Origin: Hormoscilla sp.
GTDB lineage: Bacteria > Cyanobacteriota > Cyanobacteriia > Cyanobacteriales > Desertifilaceae
DNA: 43,379 nt
Reading direction: 5' to 3'
NCBI GenBank assembly: GCA_051439505.1
Contig: JBFRWI010000058.1
Coordinates: forward strand, 1-43,379
Positions 10,441-19,495 of this stretch are shown here, piece by piece; the first letter of the stretch is position 1, and every line of letters begins with the position of its first letter. The translations under genes and the position numbers were made by a program. Under the pieces are notes generated by a model. It had not been told where the DNA came from. It saw nothing but the letters and a program-made list of their open reading frames with translations, and did not search any database.

Positions 10441-10458
10441 TATTATTATCCGGAATGA

Positions 10459-11550
10459 ATGCATCTAAACATGAATAGAGAGCCAGAAGCCAACACAGAT
10501 GAATTACTCGCTTGGCTGCTACAAGCTCCAAAAGCGAACGCATCTACACCTTCATCTGGGCACACTGCTAACCCAGAGAATGAGCAAACTTCCACCAGCT
10601 CAACTTCACCAGACGAAGATGTATGGTGGGGTGATTCTCTTGAGCTTGTAGCGGCAGAAATTGATATTTTTACACCAGACTCTAGCGGTTCCGATTCCAT
10701 ACAGCTGGAGTCTAAACCACTTGAAATTGGAGAGATACCTGCCGTGCAAAACCGTTTCCAGGCTGTTTTAAAGCGCCGAATTCAATCGGAAATCTCATCA
10801 AGGCTGCCACTATTTCCTTGGGAAACAGAGGTCTCAGAATACTATGATGATATTTATGACTCCACATTTTCTTCCGGGGTTCCCGGACTACCCTGGACTG
10901 CTCAGCTACTTTACCTGAACCTGCCAGTGCCAGTTAAAATCCCGGAATCTATCTTAACTCAGTTGCTAGAGCAATGTCAGCCGATCGCCCGCTCGGGATT
11001 GCGAGAAGGTGCTAAATTAGTTCAGGCGACAAAGGGTCTGTTTCCTAACTACCTTCAGACTCTGAACGAGTTAGCTGGAATGGTGCTCTTAGAGTATCGG
11101 TTTAATCAATGGGGACAGTTAGAGTCTAGCCATCGCGGTCCAGTAGACCAGCAGAATTTCCCTAGCAGTTATGAAATGGCAACGCCTACCCAACAAATGC
11201 AACTATCTTTACTGGCAGCAAGGCAGATCCTGAATGGTCTGACTCTGTTATTAAATTTGTCGGGACCGGTGGTACACCGAGAATGGCTGACTGGGGCTGG
11301 GAAGTTGATTGTTGAGGCTAATTACTATATTAGAGATGGTGTATCTTGGTTGGAAATTCAGGCCCAGATGCCTTGTGCTGGGAGGTTAAAGTTGACCGGA
11401 GACGCCCAAGAGGCGATCGCGCAACGAGAAAATCCCGGCAGTTTGACTGTAGAATTGTCAGATATTCAAGCCTTACAGACGTACCCCTTGGCGATTGAGT
11501 TTCCCACAGAGTCTACGGAGCCCCTGATTTTTGCTGTTTGTCCTACTTAG
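10459..11550 (+). CDS. patU: PatU (single ORF spanning PatU5- and PatU3-like parts)
   Basis: VQNRFQAVLKRRIQ..PLFPWETE and QQMQLSLLAARQIL motifs; immediately downstream of hetZ. Confidence 0.82.
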   Translation: MHLNMNREPEANTDELLAWLLQAPKANASTPSSGHTANPENEQTSTSSTSPDEDVWWGDSLELVAAEIDIFTPDSSGSDSIQLESKPLEIGEIPAVQNRFQAVLKRRIQSEISSRLPLFPWETEVSEYYDDIYDSTFSSGVPGLPWTAQLLYLNLPVPVKIPESILTQLLEQCQPIARSGLREGAKLVQATKGLFPNYLQTLNELAGMVLLEYRFNQWGQLESSHRGPVDQQNFPSSYEMATPTQQMQLSLLAARQILNGLTLLLNLSGPVVHREWLTGAGKLIVEANYYIRDGVSWLEIQAQMPCAGRLKLTGDAQEAIAQRENPGSLTVELSDIQALQTYPLAIEFPTESTEPLIFAVCPT

Positions 11551-11604
11551 ATGGCTTGGGTGGATATGTTACATTAGGTACAACATCTCAAATTAGGGAT
11601 TAAC

Positions 11605-13956
11605 ATGTCTAACTCAAGAGCAAGCAGGTCAGATATACCAATCTTTGGCGAACTGTGGCGACGCATTCAGGCGTTGCCCAAACCAGTGCCGGAGGATTCA
11701 CTCATCTTTCGGGTGTTCGTACAGGCGCTAGTGATTGTAGGAATTATTGCTACGGATGTGGCGGCAGGAGCGAACGAAAACGTGAGTTTCTGGGCAGTGC
11801 CCCTGAGTGTGGTTGGTGCTACTTGGAGTTGGCATCGGCGCCGAAAAAGCAATGTGGCAGTGAAGTTCCTACTGGCGATGGCCATGCTAGTGGCCCTGTT
11901 TGCTTTCTTTGGTAACCTGTTCACTCAGTTGAATGATACTAGGCTAGTGTTGGCCGAGTTGTTGATTCAACTCCAGGTACTCCACAGTTTTGACCTCCCC
12001 CGCCGTCATGATTTGGGATACTCGATGGTGATCGGGCTGATTTTGATTGGGGTTGCTGGTACCCTGTCTCAAACTTTGGCTTTTGCCCCTCTTTTGCTGA
12101 TATTTTTGGCCTTGGCTTTACCAACTCTGGTTTTAGATTATCGATCGCGCCTGGGTTTAATTCCTAGTAGAACTAAGGTTGGTGAAGTCAGAAAAAATGG
12201 CCGCAAATTATTACCATCGTTACCACCAGAACTATCTCTGGGACGTTTGGCTGTAATATTGCTGTTAATTGTCACATTAGGTTTGGCAATTTTTGCGTCT
12301 TTACCGAGGGTGCCGGGCTATCAATTGCGGACTTTTCCGGTGAGTGCTTCTAATCAAGTGGCAGAGGCGGACCGAGAGGAAGTTAATGGAATTGCTAATC
12401 CTGGTTACGTTAGAGGAGGAAATGATCGCTCTGATGGTGAGGGCACCGGTGGTAGGGGGAGCGAGGGCGCGGAGGAACTAGATGAGACTTTTTATTACGG
12501 CTTTAATACTAAGATTAACCAGAACCTGCGGGGACAGATGCAACCGAAGGTGGTGATGCGGGTGCGATCGCAGGCGGCAGGTTTTTGGCGGGTGTTGGGT
12601 TTTGACCGCTACACTGGTCAGGGTTGGGAGATTTCTCGGGAACAGACGGCAACTGTAGAACGACCTAGCTGGTCCTATCGATTCTATTTGCTGAGCAGGC
12701 ACAGTCAGGCTCAAATGAGAGAGGTGGTGCAAACCTATTCTATAGTTTCTGAGCTGCCCAATATTATTCCCGCTATGACCCAACCGAAGCAACTTTTCTT
12801 TTTTACTACTAAGGTTGAGGTGGATGCGGAAGACTCTTTGCGATCGCCCCTAGGTTTGCTGAATGGGGATACTTATACTGTCATCTCCCGAGTTCCCTTG
12901 CGCGATCGCACTCAATTGGGACAAGCGCGATCGGAGTATATAGGTATTATCGAGGATAAGTACCTGCAAATTCCTGAAGAAATTGCCGACCGAGTGCGCC
13001 AACGGACTGAAGAGATATTGGCCAAATCTGAAAAGCCCGTGACTGTTGCCTATGAGCAAGCTCTCTATCTGGCACAATACTTAAAGCAGCATTATACAAT
13101 TCAACCAAACTTGCCTGTATTAGATGAAGATCTAGATCTGGTAGAGGCTTTTCTGTTCAAGTATAAAGGTGGCTATCCCGACCACTTCTCTACGGTTTTA
13201 ACAATTATGCTGCGTTCCATCGGCGTACCTGCGAGGTTAGCGGTGGGCTTTGGACCGGGAGAGTTCAATCCTTTCACTGGTCTTTATGAGGTTCGCAACA
13301 GTGACGCCTATGCGGTGACGGAGGTGTATTTTCCTGATTACGGTTGGTTTGCTTTTGACCCCATTCCCGGTCACGAACTGATTCCCCCTTCGGTTGAAGA
13401 TTATGAGACTTTTGGTGTCCTGCGACAGTTCTGGCATTGGGTCGCCGGTTGGTTTCCCAGTCCGGTCCGGAATCTATTCGCGACTCTGTTTGGTGGGATG
13501 TTCCGGTGGGTAGCACGGGCGATCGTCTGGCTGTGGCGACTGTTTACCAGTGGCTGGGTGGGATTGTTGACCGGTCTGATGCTGGCGATCGGCCTGGCCT
13601 TTTTGGGATGGTTGGGCGTGAATCTTTTGGGGCGGTGGCTTCACACCCAGAAGCTGGCTAAGTTGCCTCCCATTGAAGGTATCTACCGGCAAATGCTGGA
13701 TCTGTTAAAGGACCAGGGATATCCTAAGCATCCGGCTCAAACTCCGCTGGAGTATGCTACAGCTTTACGGCCACATTATCACCCGGAGGCCCTAGGGGCG
13801 ATCGATGAGATTTCTCAGGCTTATGTCCTCTGGCGTTATGGCGGTAAAGAGACTAGCTACAATCTGCTGCGGTTACGTCTGCAACATTTGATCCGGGATA
13901 CTCAGGGTTTGGGTAAGATTAAGCGGTTACCTAAAGCACCGAGTAGAAGCACTTAA
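11605..13956 (+). CDS. TgpA-like membrane protein (DUF3488 + transglutaminase-like + DUF4129)
   Basis: N-terminal TM bundle, FDRYTGQGW, GGYPDHF..MLRSIGVPARLAVGF.PGE, EVYFPDYGWFAFDPIP and C-terminal QTPLEY. Confidence 0.88.
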   Translation: MSNSRASRSDIPIFGELWRRIQALPKPVPEDSLIFRVFVQALVIVGIIATDVAAGANENVSFWAVPLSVVGATWSWHRRRKSNVAVKFLLAMAMLVALFAFFGNLFTQLNDTRLVLAELLIQLQVLHSFDLPRRHDLGYSMVIGLILIGVAGTLSQTLAFAPLLLIFLALALPTLVLDYRSRLGLIPSRTKVGEVRKNGRKLLPSLPPELSLGRLAVILLLIVTLGLAIFASLPRVPGYQLRTFPVSASNQVAEADREEVNGIANPGYVRGGNDRSDGEGTGGRGSEGAEELDETFYYGFNTKINQNLRGQMQPKVVMRVRSQAAGFWRVLGFDRYTGQGWEISREQTATVERPSWSYRFYLLSRHSQAQMREVVQTYSIVSELPNIIPAMTQPKQLFFFTTKVEVDAEDSLRSPLGLLNGDTYTVISRVPLRDRTQLGQARSEYIGIIEDKYLQIPEEIADRVRQRTEEILAKSEKPVTVAYEQALYLAQYLKQHYTIQPNLPVLDEDLDLVEAFLFKYKGGYPDHFSTVLTIMLRSIGVPARLAVGFGPGEFNPFTGLYEVRNSDAYAVTEVYFPDYGWFAFDPIPGHELIPPSVEDYETFGVLRQFWHWVAGWFPSPVRNLFATLFGGMFRWVARAIVWLWRLFTSGWVGLLTGLMLAIGLAFLGWLGVNLLGRWLHTQKLAKLPPIEGIYRQMLDLLKDQGYPKHPAQTPLEYATALRPHYHPEALGAIDEISQAYVLWRYGGKETSYNLLRLRLQHLIRDTQGLGKIKRLPKAPSRST

Positions 13957-14012
13957 CTGGGTTTGGACCGCCGCTATGCTGCGAAGGGTGTGGTCAAAAG
14001 TAGTTGGACAAG

Positions 14013-14085
14013 GATCCCCCCCAAACCCCCCCTTCCCAAAGGGGGGGGCTTCTTGCCCCCCAATAAAGGGGGGTTTGGGGGGATC
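14013..14085. repeat. C/G-run palindromic short dispersed repeat (GATCCCCCCC...GGGGGGATC)
   Basis: gatcccccccaaacccccccttcccaaaggggggggct...cccccaataaaggggggtttggggggatc; a related copy lies at 27328-27366. Confidence 0.8.
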
Positions 14086-14100
14086 CGGCGAGTGGGAGGG

Positions 14101-14247
14101 CGCAGCTTGCGGGCAATAACCTCGCAGCTTGCGAGCAATAACCTCGCGGACTGCGAGCAATAACCTCGCAGCTTGCGAGCAATAACCTCGCAGAGTGCGA
14201 GCAATAACCTCGCAGACTGCGAGCAATAACCTCGCAGACTGCGAGCA
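14101..14247. repeat. 22-nt tandem repeat, about 6.7 copies, each forming a CTCGCA-NNN-TGCGAG hairpin
   Basis: Unit cgcagcttgcgagcaataacct; variation is mostly in the loop (gct/gac/gag); no spacers. Confidence 0.92.
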
Positions 14248-14327
14248 GAAAGTTAAAACCTACCCAAGAGAGCGTCCCTATCTGCCGGTAGTCAAGCCCT
14301 GAACTGCCGGTGCCCAGAAAGAGAATA

Positions 14328-14364
14328 CCTTTACAAATACGTTTCCCCGATCGGGGAATGAAAC
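14328..14364 (+). repeat. Solitary CRISPR-repeat-like sequence
   Basis: cctttacaaatacgtttccccgatcggggaatgaaac: 37 nt, TTCCCC/GGGGAA stem, 3' TGAAAC end typical of cyanobacterial type I-D/III repeats. One copy only; no cas genes. Confidence 0.4.
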
Positions 14365-14712
14365 CTCTTGCTGAAGATTCCGGGACTGGAAAAGGCCATT
14401 TTGGGAAAACAACCCATGTGTACGGTCTAATATACCGTTCCTGTGGAGTCCTACAAAAATGGCCATTTTTGGAAAAAGCCTTGGTTACTCACGCAAGGTA
14501 GGTACCACCCTTGGGTGTTTTCCTGGCCGAATTATCCCATTTCCCCAAATCAATGATAAATTAACAAGCCAGCGGGCGAGGCTTTCATCCCCATATCTGT
14601 AGCAAGCATTGGTTAATAGCGATGACGGCCCAACTAGGTTGGGGTAACCCATCCTATCTGGAGAAAGCGAACAAAATAGGCCATTTTTGGGAAAACAGGA
14701 GGCCACCATTAA

Positions 14713-15204
14713 CTATTCTGATTGAAACCAACCGGTCAAGGCCACCGCCAGGGCATCAGCTGCATCATCTGGTTTGGGAATATACTCCAAGTCTAGTTCC
14801 CGCATTACCGCTTCTTGCACTTCCTCTTTATCCGCATTGCCGTAACCCGTTAATGCCTGCTTGATTTGCGGGGGGGTAAATTCAACCATGGGAATATTGT
14901 TTTGAGCTAATACTAAGGTTAGCACTCCCCGGGCCTGGGCTACCAAGATTACATTTCCCATCCGATAAAAAAACAGCTTTTCTACTGCTGCTAAGTCCGG
15001 TTGCCACTCTGACACTAGGAATTGCAAATCTTCGTAAATTATTTGCAGCCGATCGCCCATTTTGGCTGATGCTGGAGTTTTAATCGCGCCAAAATCAAGA
15101 GTTTTGACAGCATTGTTATCCCCATTACCATCAGTCTGACAGGAAATTATCCCAAACCCCAGAGTTGCTAATCCGGGGTCCAATCCCAGAATAAGCTTTT
15201 CCAT
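14713..15204 (-). CDS. ruvC: Holliday junction resolvase RuvC
   Basis: [35 protein letters not shown] and [10 protein letters not shown]. Confidence 0.97.
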   Translation of the reverse strand: MEKLILGLDPGLATLGFGIISCQTDGNGDNNAVKTLDFGAIKTPASAKMGDRLQIIYEDLQFLVSEWQPDLAAVEKLFFYRMGNVILVAQARGVLTLVLAQNNIPMVEFTPPQIKQALTGYGNADKEEVQEAVMRELDLEYIPKPDDAADALAVALTGWFQSE

Positions 15205-15289
15205 TTTTATATTTTCTTGTTTTTCTATCTCCGCCTGTCAAAAATGAGAGGCGCTAGTTTGGTTTCGGGGTGCATTGAGATGCATGCAC

Positions 15290-15359
15290 GGGCGAAGCAT
15301 TTGGATAGTTTCCTTGTCGATATATGACTTATATTGTCGCCCAAATGCTTCGCCCCTAC
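15290..15359. repeat. REP-like inverted repeat GGGCGAAGCATTTGG...CCAAATGCTTCGCCC(CTAC)
   Basis: 15-bp perfect arms, with a GTAG foot on the minus strand. Confidence 0.75.
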
Positions 15360-15377
15360 AGATGCAGCAAATGGCTA

Positions 15378-15619
15378 TCAACTACTTGTGTCCACATCCC
15401 GTAATCCCGCAATTTGGCGCCATTCTACCTGTGAATAGCGTTCTCGCATTTCTAATGGAATTTGTTTAACCGCTTCTCCAATAATCTGTAAATTTTGCAC
15501 CACCGCATCAAACGTGCGATCGTCTGCCAAAAACTAGGCAAATTCCATCCCGTCCCTGTAGCGCATCACCTTTTCCCCGGCGATGAGAATATCTTCAAAA
15601 TATGTAAATTACGAGACAT
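15378..15619 (-). pseudogene. HEPN/DUF86 (HepT-like) toxin remnant
   Basis: Manual translation: MSRNL / frameshift / YFEDILIAGEKVMRYRDGMEFA*FLADDRTFDAVVQNLQIIGEAVKQIPLEMRERYSQVEWRQIAGLRDV, then truncated before the H of the RxxxxH motif. Confidence 0.85.
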
Positions 15620-15743
15620 CGATCGCCTCCTGAAGCACGGTTTCTCTGATAATAGACTTTAACATCTTAGCACTGACCAAATCCACCGATCGCCCCAAAC
15701 TATCCTCCAATAGAAATTTCAAATCCATATAGCGATCGAACCC
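15609..15743 (-). pseudogene. C-terminal remnant of a minimal nucleotidyltransferase (MntA-like antitoxin)
   Basis: Manual translation GFDRYMDLKFLLEDSLGRSVDLVSAKMLKSIIRETVLQEAIDVS*. The stop overlaps the HEPN start; the N-terminal GS..R/DxD half is absent. Confidence 0.8.
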
Positions 15744-15756
15744 ACTTAAGCTTTTA

Positions 15757-15778
15757 GCCGGGGGTTTTAACCCCCGGC
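15757..15778. repeat. REP-like hairpin / possible chlI terminator
   Basis: gccgggggtt-tt-aacccccggc. Confidence 0.6.
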
Positions 15779-15804
15779 GGGTCAACAGCGAAGTGAGGGA
15801 ATTA

Positions 15805-16929
15805 CTACTTATCGTTTTCGGGCATTTCTAGGTCGAACACCTGGCGAAATACCTTTTGCACCTTGGTTCCCGAATCAATTGATTCCAAAGGATCCTTGCG
15901 CAGTCGGTGACGCAAGCAAAGAGTTACCACGCGCCCGATATCGTCAACTGTAACTTCCGTGCGTCCTTCAAAAGCTGCTAATGCCTTGGCCGCACGATTT
16001 GTGACAAGATCGCCGCGCAAACCATCCACATCCAATTGAGAACAAACTTCGGATATCTGTACCCGCAAGTCATAATCAATCTCAACCTTTGGCAACAGTT
16101 CCCTCGCAGTTACTAATTTCTCTTGCTCTTCTGCTTGCAAGTCGCGGCACTTTTCCAGAAATTCCGGGGGATTTTGGTCAAAAGTAGATCGTTGTTCGAC
16201 AATTTGCACTCGCAAAGCTGCATCTTTAACAGTGCGGATCTCCGCGTGCATGCCAAAGCGATCGAGCAATTGAGGGCGCAGTTCCCCTTCTTCGGGGTTA
16301 CCAGAACCCACCAACACGAAACTGGCCGGGTGACGCACGGAAATTCCCTCCCGTTCCACAGTATTCCAACCACTAGCAGCGGAGTCCAGCAGCACGTCAA
16401 CTAAATGATCGTCTAGCAGGTTGACCTCATCAACGTACAGAATACCCCGATTTGCTTTCGCCAGCAATCCCGGTTCAAAAGCCTTTACACCTTCCGAGAG
16501 AGCCTTTTCAATATCGATCGTACCGCAGACTCGATCTTCTGTCGCCCCGAGAGGCAAGTCTACCATCATCACCTTTTTGCGAACCACGGGAATTTCTTGA
16601 CGTTGTTCTATCCGCTGTTTGACTTCATCAGACATCTGTTCCGGGTCCGCCGGATGGCTGTTAAAGGGGTCATCGGCCACCACTTCTATTTCTGGCAACA
16701 GGTCTGCGAGGGCGCGGATGGTAGTAGACTTACCAGTACCCCGATCGCCCATAATCATCACCCCTCCGATCTTGGGGTCAATCACGTTCAAAAGCAGCGC
16801 CAGTTTCATCTCTTCTTGCCCCACTATAGCAGTGAAGGGAAAAACCGCACGGCGCGTAGCATAATTGACAGTAGGACTAGCTATGGTTCCTACCGTCGCG
16901 GACTTAGAATCAGCAATCAGACTTACCAC
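15805..16929 (-). CDS. chlI: Magnesium chelatase ATPase subunit I
   Basis: [53 protein letters not shown] and VDGLRGD. Confidence 0.98.
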   Translation of the reverse strand: MVSLIADSKSATVGTIASPTVNYATRRAVFPFTAIVGQEEMKLALLLNVIDPKIGGVMIMGDRGTGKSTTIRALADLLPEIEVVADDPFNSHPADPEQMSDEVKQRIEQRQEIPVVRKKVMMVDLPLGATEDRVCGTIDIEKALSEGVKAFEPGLLAKANRGILYVDEVNLLDDHLVDVLLDSAASGWNTVEREGISVRHPASFVLVGSGNPEEGELRPQLLDRFGMHAEIRTVKDAALRVQIVEQRSTFDQNPPEFLEKCRDLQAEEQEKLVTARELLPKVEIDYDLRVQISEVCSQLDVDGLRGDLVTNRAAKALAAFEGRTEVTVDDIGRVVTLCLRHRLRKDPLESIDSGTKVQKVFRQVFDLEMPENDK

Positions 16930-16941
16930 TTTCGTTACCTA

Positions 16942-16990
16942 TGTTAGTTGTCAGTTGTTAGTTTTCAGTTGTTAGTTGTCAGTTGTTAGT
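16942..16990. repeat. Heptamer tandem repeat (GTTAGTT/GTCAGTT)x~7
   Basis: tgttagttgtcagttgttagttttcagttgttagttgtcagttgttagt. Confidence 0.8.
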
Positions 16991-17013
16991 ATCACGATCT
17001 GTACTATACCGAT

Positions 17014-17065
17014 AAGCCCGCGCAGGCGGGCTTTGTGCCTGTAGCCCTACCCTTGAGGGTAGGGG
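17014..17065. repeat. Double-hairpin REP-like dispersed repeat
   Basis: aagcccgcgcaggcgggcttt...gtagccctacccttgagggtaggg; same family at 38940-38990. Confidence 0.75.
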
Positions 17066-17106
17066 TGGGGGTGGGGGTGAGGGCCATTAGCCGATCGTCC
17101 ATGATA

Positions 17107-19443
17107 TCAGATGGGGGGATGTCCAGCACGATATCGCCGATGTGTCAGCTTTTTTGCAGCTGACGAGATCTTTTTCAGGTCTTGCAGGACTTCTGTGGCC
17201 GACTGATATCTGTCAGAAAAGTGGTAACAGACCATTTTATCTAGAACTGCTGCTAATTGGGGCCCCACTCCGGTCAGATGACGCCATACCACCGTTCCCG
17301 TATTCGAGTCTTGGCGTAACTGGGTCGGTTTTAAGCCTGTCAGAGCTTGAATGCCGATCGTCCCTAAAGAGTATAGATCGCTGTTGAGCCTGGGTTGACC
17401 TGCCAATTGCTCGGGAGCTGCATAACCATTAGTCCCGATCGCCACCGTATATTGCTCAGTATTTAAATCCCACTGGGGATGCATGAGTTTTACCGCCCCA
17501 AAGTCTATTAAGCACAAGCGACCATCTGCTTGGCGTCTCATAATGTTGCTGGGTTTAATATCCCGATGAATGACATTATGAGAGTGGATAAAGGTGATAA
17601 TTTCCAGTAATTGAGTTAGCCAATCAATTACTTCCTTTTCCGGTATCTGCTTTGACGATGGCATTTCATTGCTCAGATGATTTCCACAGATCAACTCTTC
17701 TACTAAATAGAATTCTTGATTTTCTTCAAAATAGGCTAATAATTGAGGAATCCGATCGTGTCTGCCCAAGACTTCTAAGATTTCGGCTTCCGTATGGAAG
17801 AGGCGTCTGGCTACCTGTAAAAACTTCGGCTCGGCTCTCGCGGGCATCAAGTGCTTAATTACACATTGCGGGTGATTGGGTCGCTGGGTATCTGCTGCTA
17901 GATAGGTGCGCGCAAAGCCACCGCAACCGATAATTTCCAGGATTTGGTAGCGTCCTCTTAACAGCTTGTCGGGGGTGTTAATAGTAGGATATTCTAGTAG
18001 TTCGGTAGCCATTTCCAGAGGCAGTTCCGTAGCTTCATCGCAATTATCGAGCTGAGTCTGTTGTTCTAACAGGGTTTGCAGCATTTCTATGCTTTGATTC
18101 TGTTCTTTAACCCGAAGGGCTATTTGTTGATGTTCTTGCTGAGTGCGGTAGGATTTGTAGGCAAAAATGCCGCTACCGCTAGTTAGCAAGGCCAGGGTGG
18201 GTACCGCCAGGGGAACCCAACCGCCACCGATAAACATTAACCAGGTGACACCCAATAAAGTGCCAGTTGCTGCAACTCCAGTTGCCAACAGTCGCACAGG
18301 ATGTGCTATGAACCAAGCGATCGCGCCCCCGACCAAAGACCAGACCCCAATCCAAAGCCCTTCGGCCCATTCTGGCCAGACCCAAAACAGGGGGCGGCCA
18401 TCGACAACCGCACTCAGGATTTGACTGACGATCTGGGCGTGAACCACTACCCCAGGCATGGTGTGGTTTTCTTGCTTGCTAGCGCTGTAGGGCGTGTAAA
18501 AAGAGTCTTTGGTGCTGGGGGCGATCGCGCCGATCAGGACAATGCGATCGCGCACCAAACTGGGGTCAATTTTATCATTGAGCACTTCCGTCAGCGTGAG
18601 AATAGGGGCCACCTGACGGGGCGATCGGTATGAGAGCAGAATTTGGTAGCCTTCGTCATCAACTCCTAGATAGCCGCCACTATGGCTGTCTAAGGGGGGT
18701 AGTCTAGTGTCACCGAGGATAATATCGCCATTGTCTTCCACATCGGACTCAATTCCCAAGGCATCCAGGTAACGCCAGGCCAGTTGCAGGGCAAAAGAGG
18801 CCCGGGTTTTGCAAATCGAGTCAGGGTCCCCATCCCCCACCAGGAGGCTGCGGCGGATAATGCCATCTTCGTCTACGATCAGATCGCTAAAGCCCAGATT
18901 ATTTGCGGGCATATCTGGCGGAGGTCCAATGCCGAGATCCTCACCACCTTCACCGAATTTGCAGATGGCAATAGTCTTCTCGCTGGTTTGCAGATGCGCT
19001 AGTAAATCGGAACGTCCGGGTTCCTGAGGGATATCTCGATATATATCCAAACCGATCGCCCGGGGTTGATACTGTTCCAATTGCTGCAATACCTGATTTA
19101 TGGTCGCGTCCGACAGTGGCCAGCGCTGCTGTGCCCTGATATCAGCTTCAGTGACCCCAACTATCAACAGGCGATCGTCCTCTGTTTCGTCGGTCCGCAG
19201 CCCGATCAGTTGGTCGTAAGCGGCCAATTCTGGTGCTTCTAGGATCTTGAATGCCCGTCCTGCCAGCAATAAACTGGTGACTGCCACGGTCGCGATAATT
19301 ACTGGTTGACGCCCCACCTGTAATAGCTTCCGACCTCTTTGGGAGGCTAAAGACAAGGCCGAACTAATATAAGATGACAATTTATGATACACAGCCATTT
19401 CTATCACCTCTGTTACGGAAGTCGCCCGATCGCGACGGGACAT
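17107..19443 (-). CDS. CHASE2-domain Ser/Thr protein kinase (start may be 19398)
   Basis: CHASE2 (WPLSD, AIGLDIYRD, GFSD, DGIIRR, PGVVVHAQ), three TM helices, then a Hanks kinase (IGCGGFART, VIKHL, HRDIKPSN, IDFG, APEQ). Confidence 0.94.
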   Translation of the reverse strand: MSRRDRATSVTEVIEMAVYHKLSSYISSALSLASQRGRKLLQVGRQPVIIATVAVTSLLLAGRAFKILEAPELAAYDQLIGLRTDETEDDRLLIVGVTEADIRAQQRWPLSDATINQVLQQLEQYQPRAIGLDIYRDIPQEPGRSDLLAHLQTSEKTIAICKFGEGGEDLGIGPPPDMPANNLGFSDLIVDEDGIIRRSLLVGDGDPDSICKTRASFALQLAWRYLDALGIESDVEDNGDIILGDTRLPPLDSHSGGYLGVDDEGYQILLSYRSPRQVAPILTLTEVLNDKIDPSLVRDRIVLIGAIAPSTKDSFYTPYSASKQENHTMPGVVVHAQIVSQILSAVVDGRPLFWVWPEWAEGLWIGVWSLVGGAIAWFIAHPVRLLATGVAATGTLLGVTWLMFIGGGWVPLAVPTLALLTSGSGIFAYKSYRTQQEHQQIALRVKEQNQSIEMLQTLLEQQTQLDNCDEATELPLEMATELLEYPTINTPDKLLRGRYQILEIIGCGGFARTYLAADTQRPNHPQCVIKHLMPARAEPKFLQVARRLFHTEAEILEVLGRHDRIPQLLAYFEENQEFYLVEELICGNHLSNEMPSSKQIPEKEVIDWLTQLLEIITFIHSHNVIHRDIKPSNIMRRQADGRLCLIDFGAVKLMHPQWDLNTEQYTVAIGTNGYAAPEQLAGQPRLNSDLYSLGTIGIQALTGLKPTQLRQDSNTGTVVWRHLTGVGPQLAAVLDKMVCYHFSDRYQSATEVLQDLKKISSAAKKLTHRRYRAGHPPI

Positions 19444-19495
19444 CCCCGCACCCCTTACGCATTCTAACCTGTCCCAAGTCGGGGATGAAAAATCT

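Noticed and set aside
10449..10454. DIF1 motif TCCGGA before patU
   Set aside because: Only 4 nt from the start codon, so it cannot act as a -35 element for this gene.
13927..14226. Several short ORFs over the repeat region
   Set aside because: They are translations of the C/G-run repeat and the 22-mer array, open in many frames.
14101..14247. 22-nt array as a CRISPR array
   Set aside because: Units are contiguous with no unique spacers, and there are no cas genes in the window.
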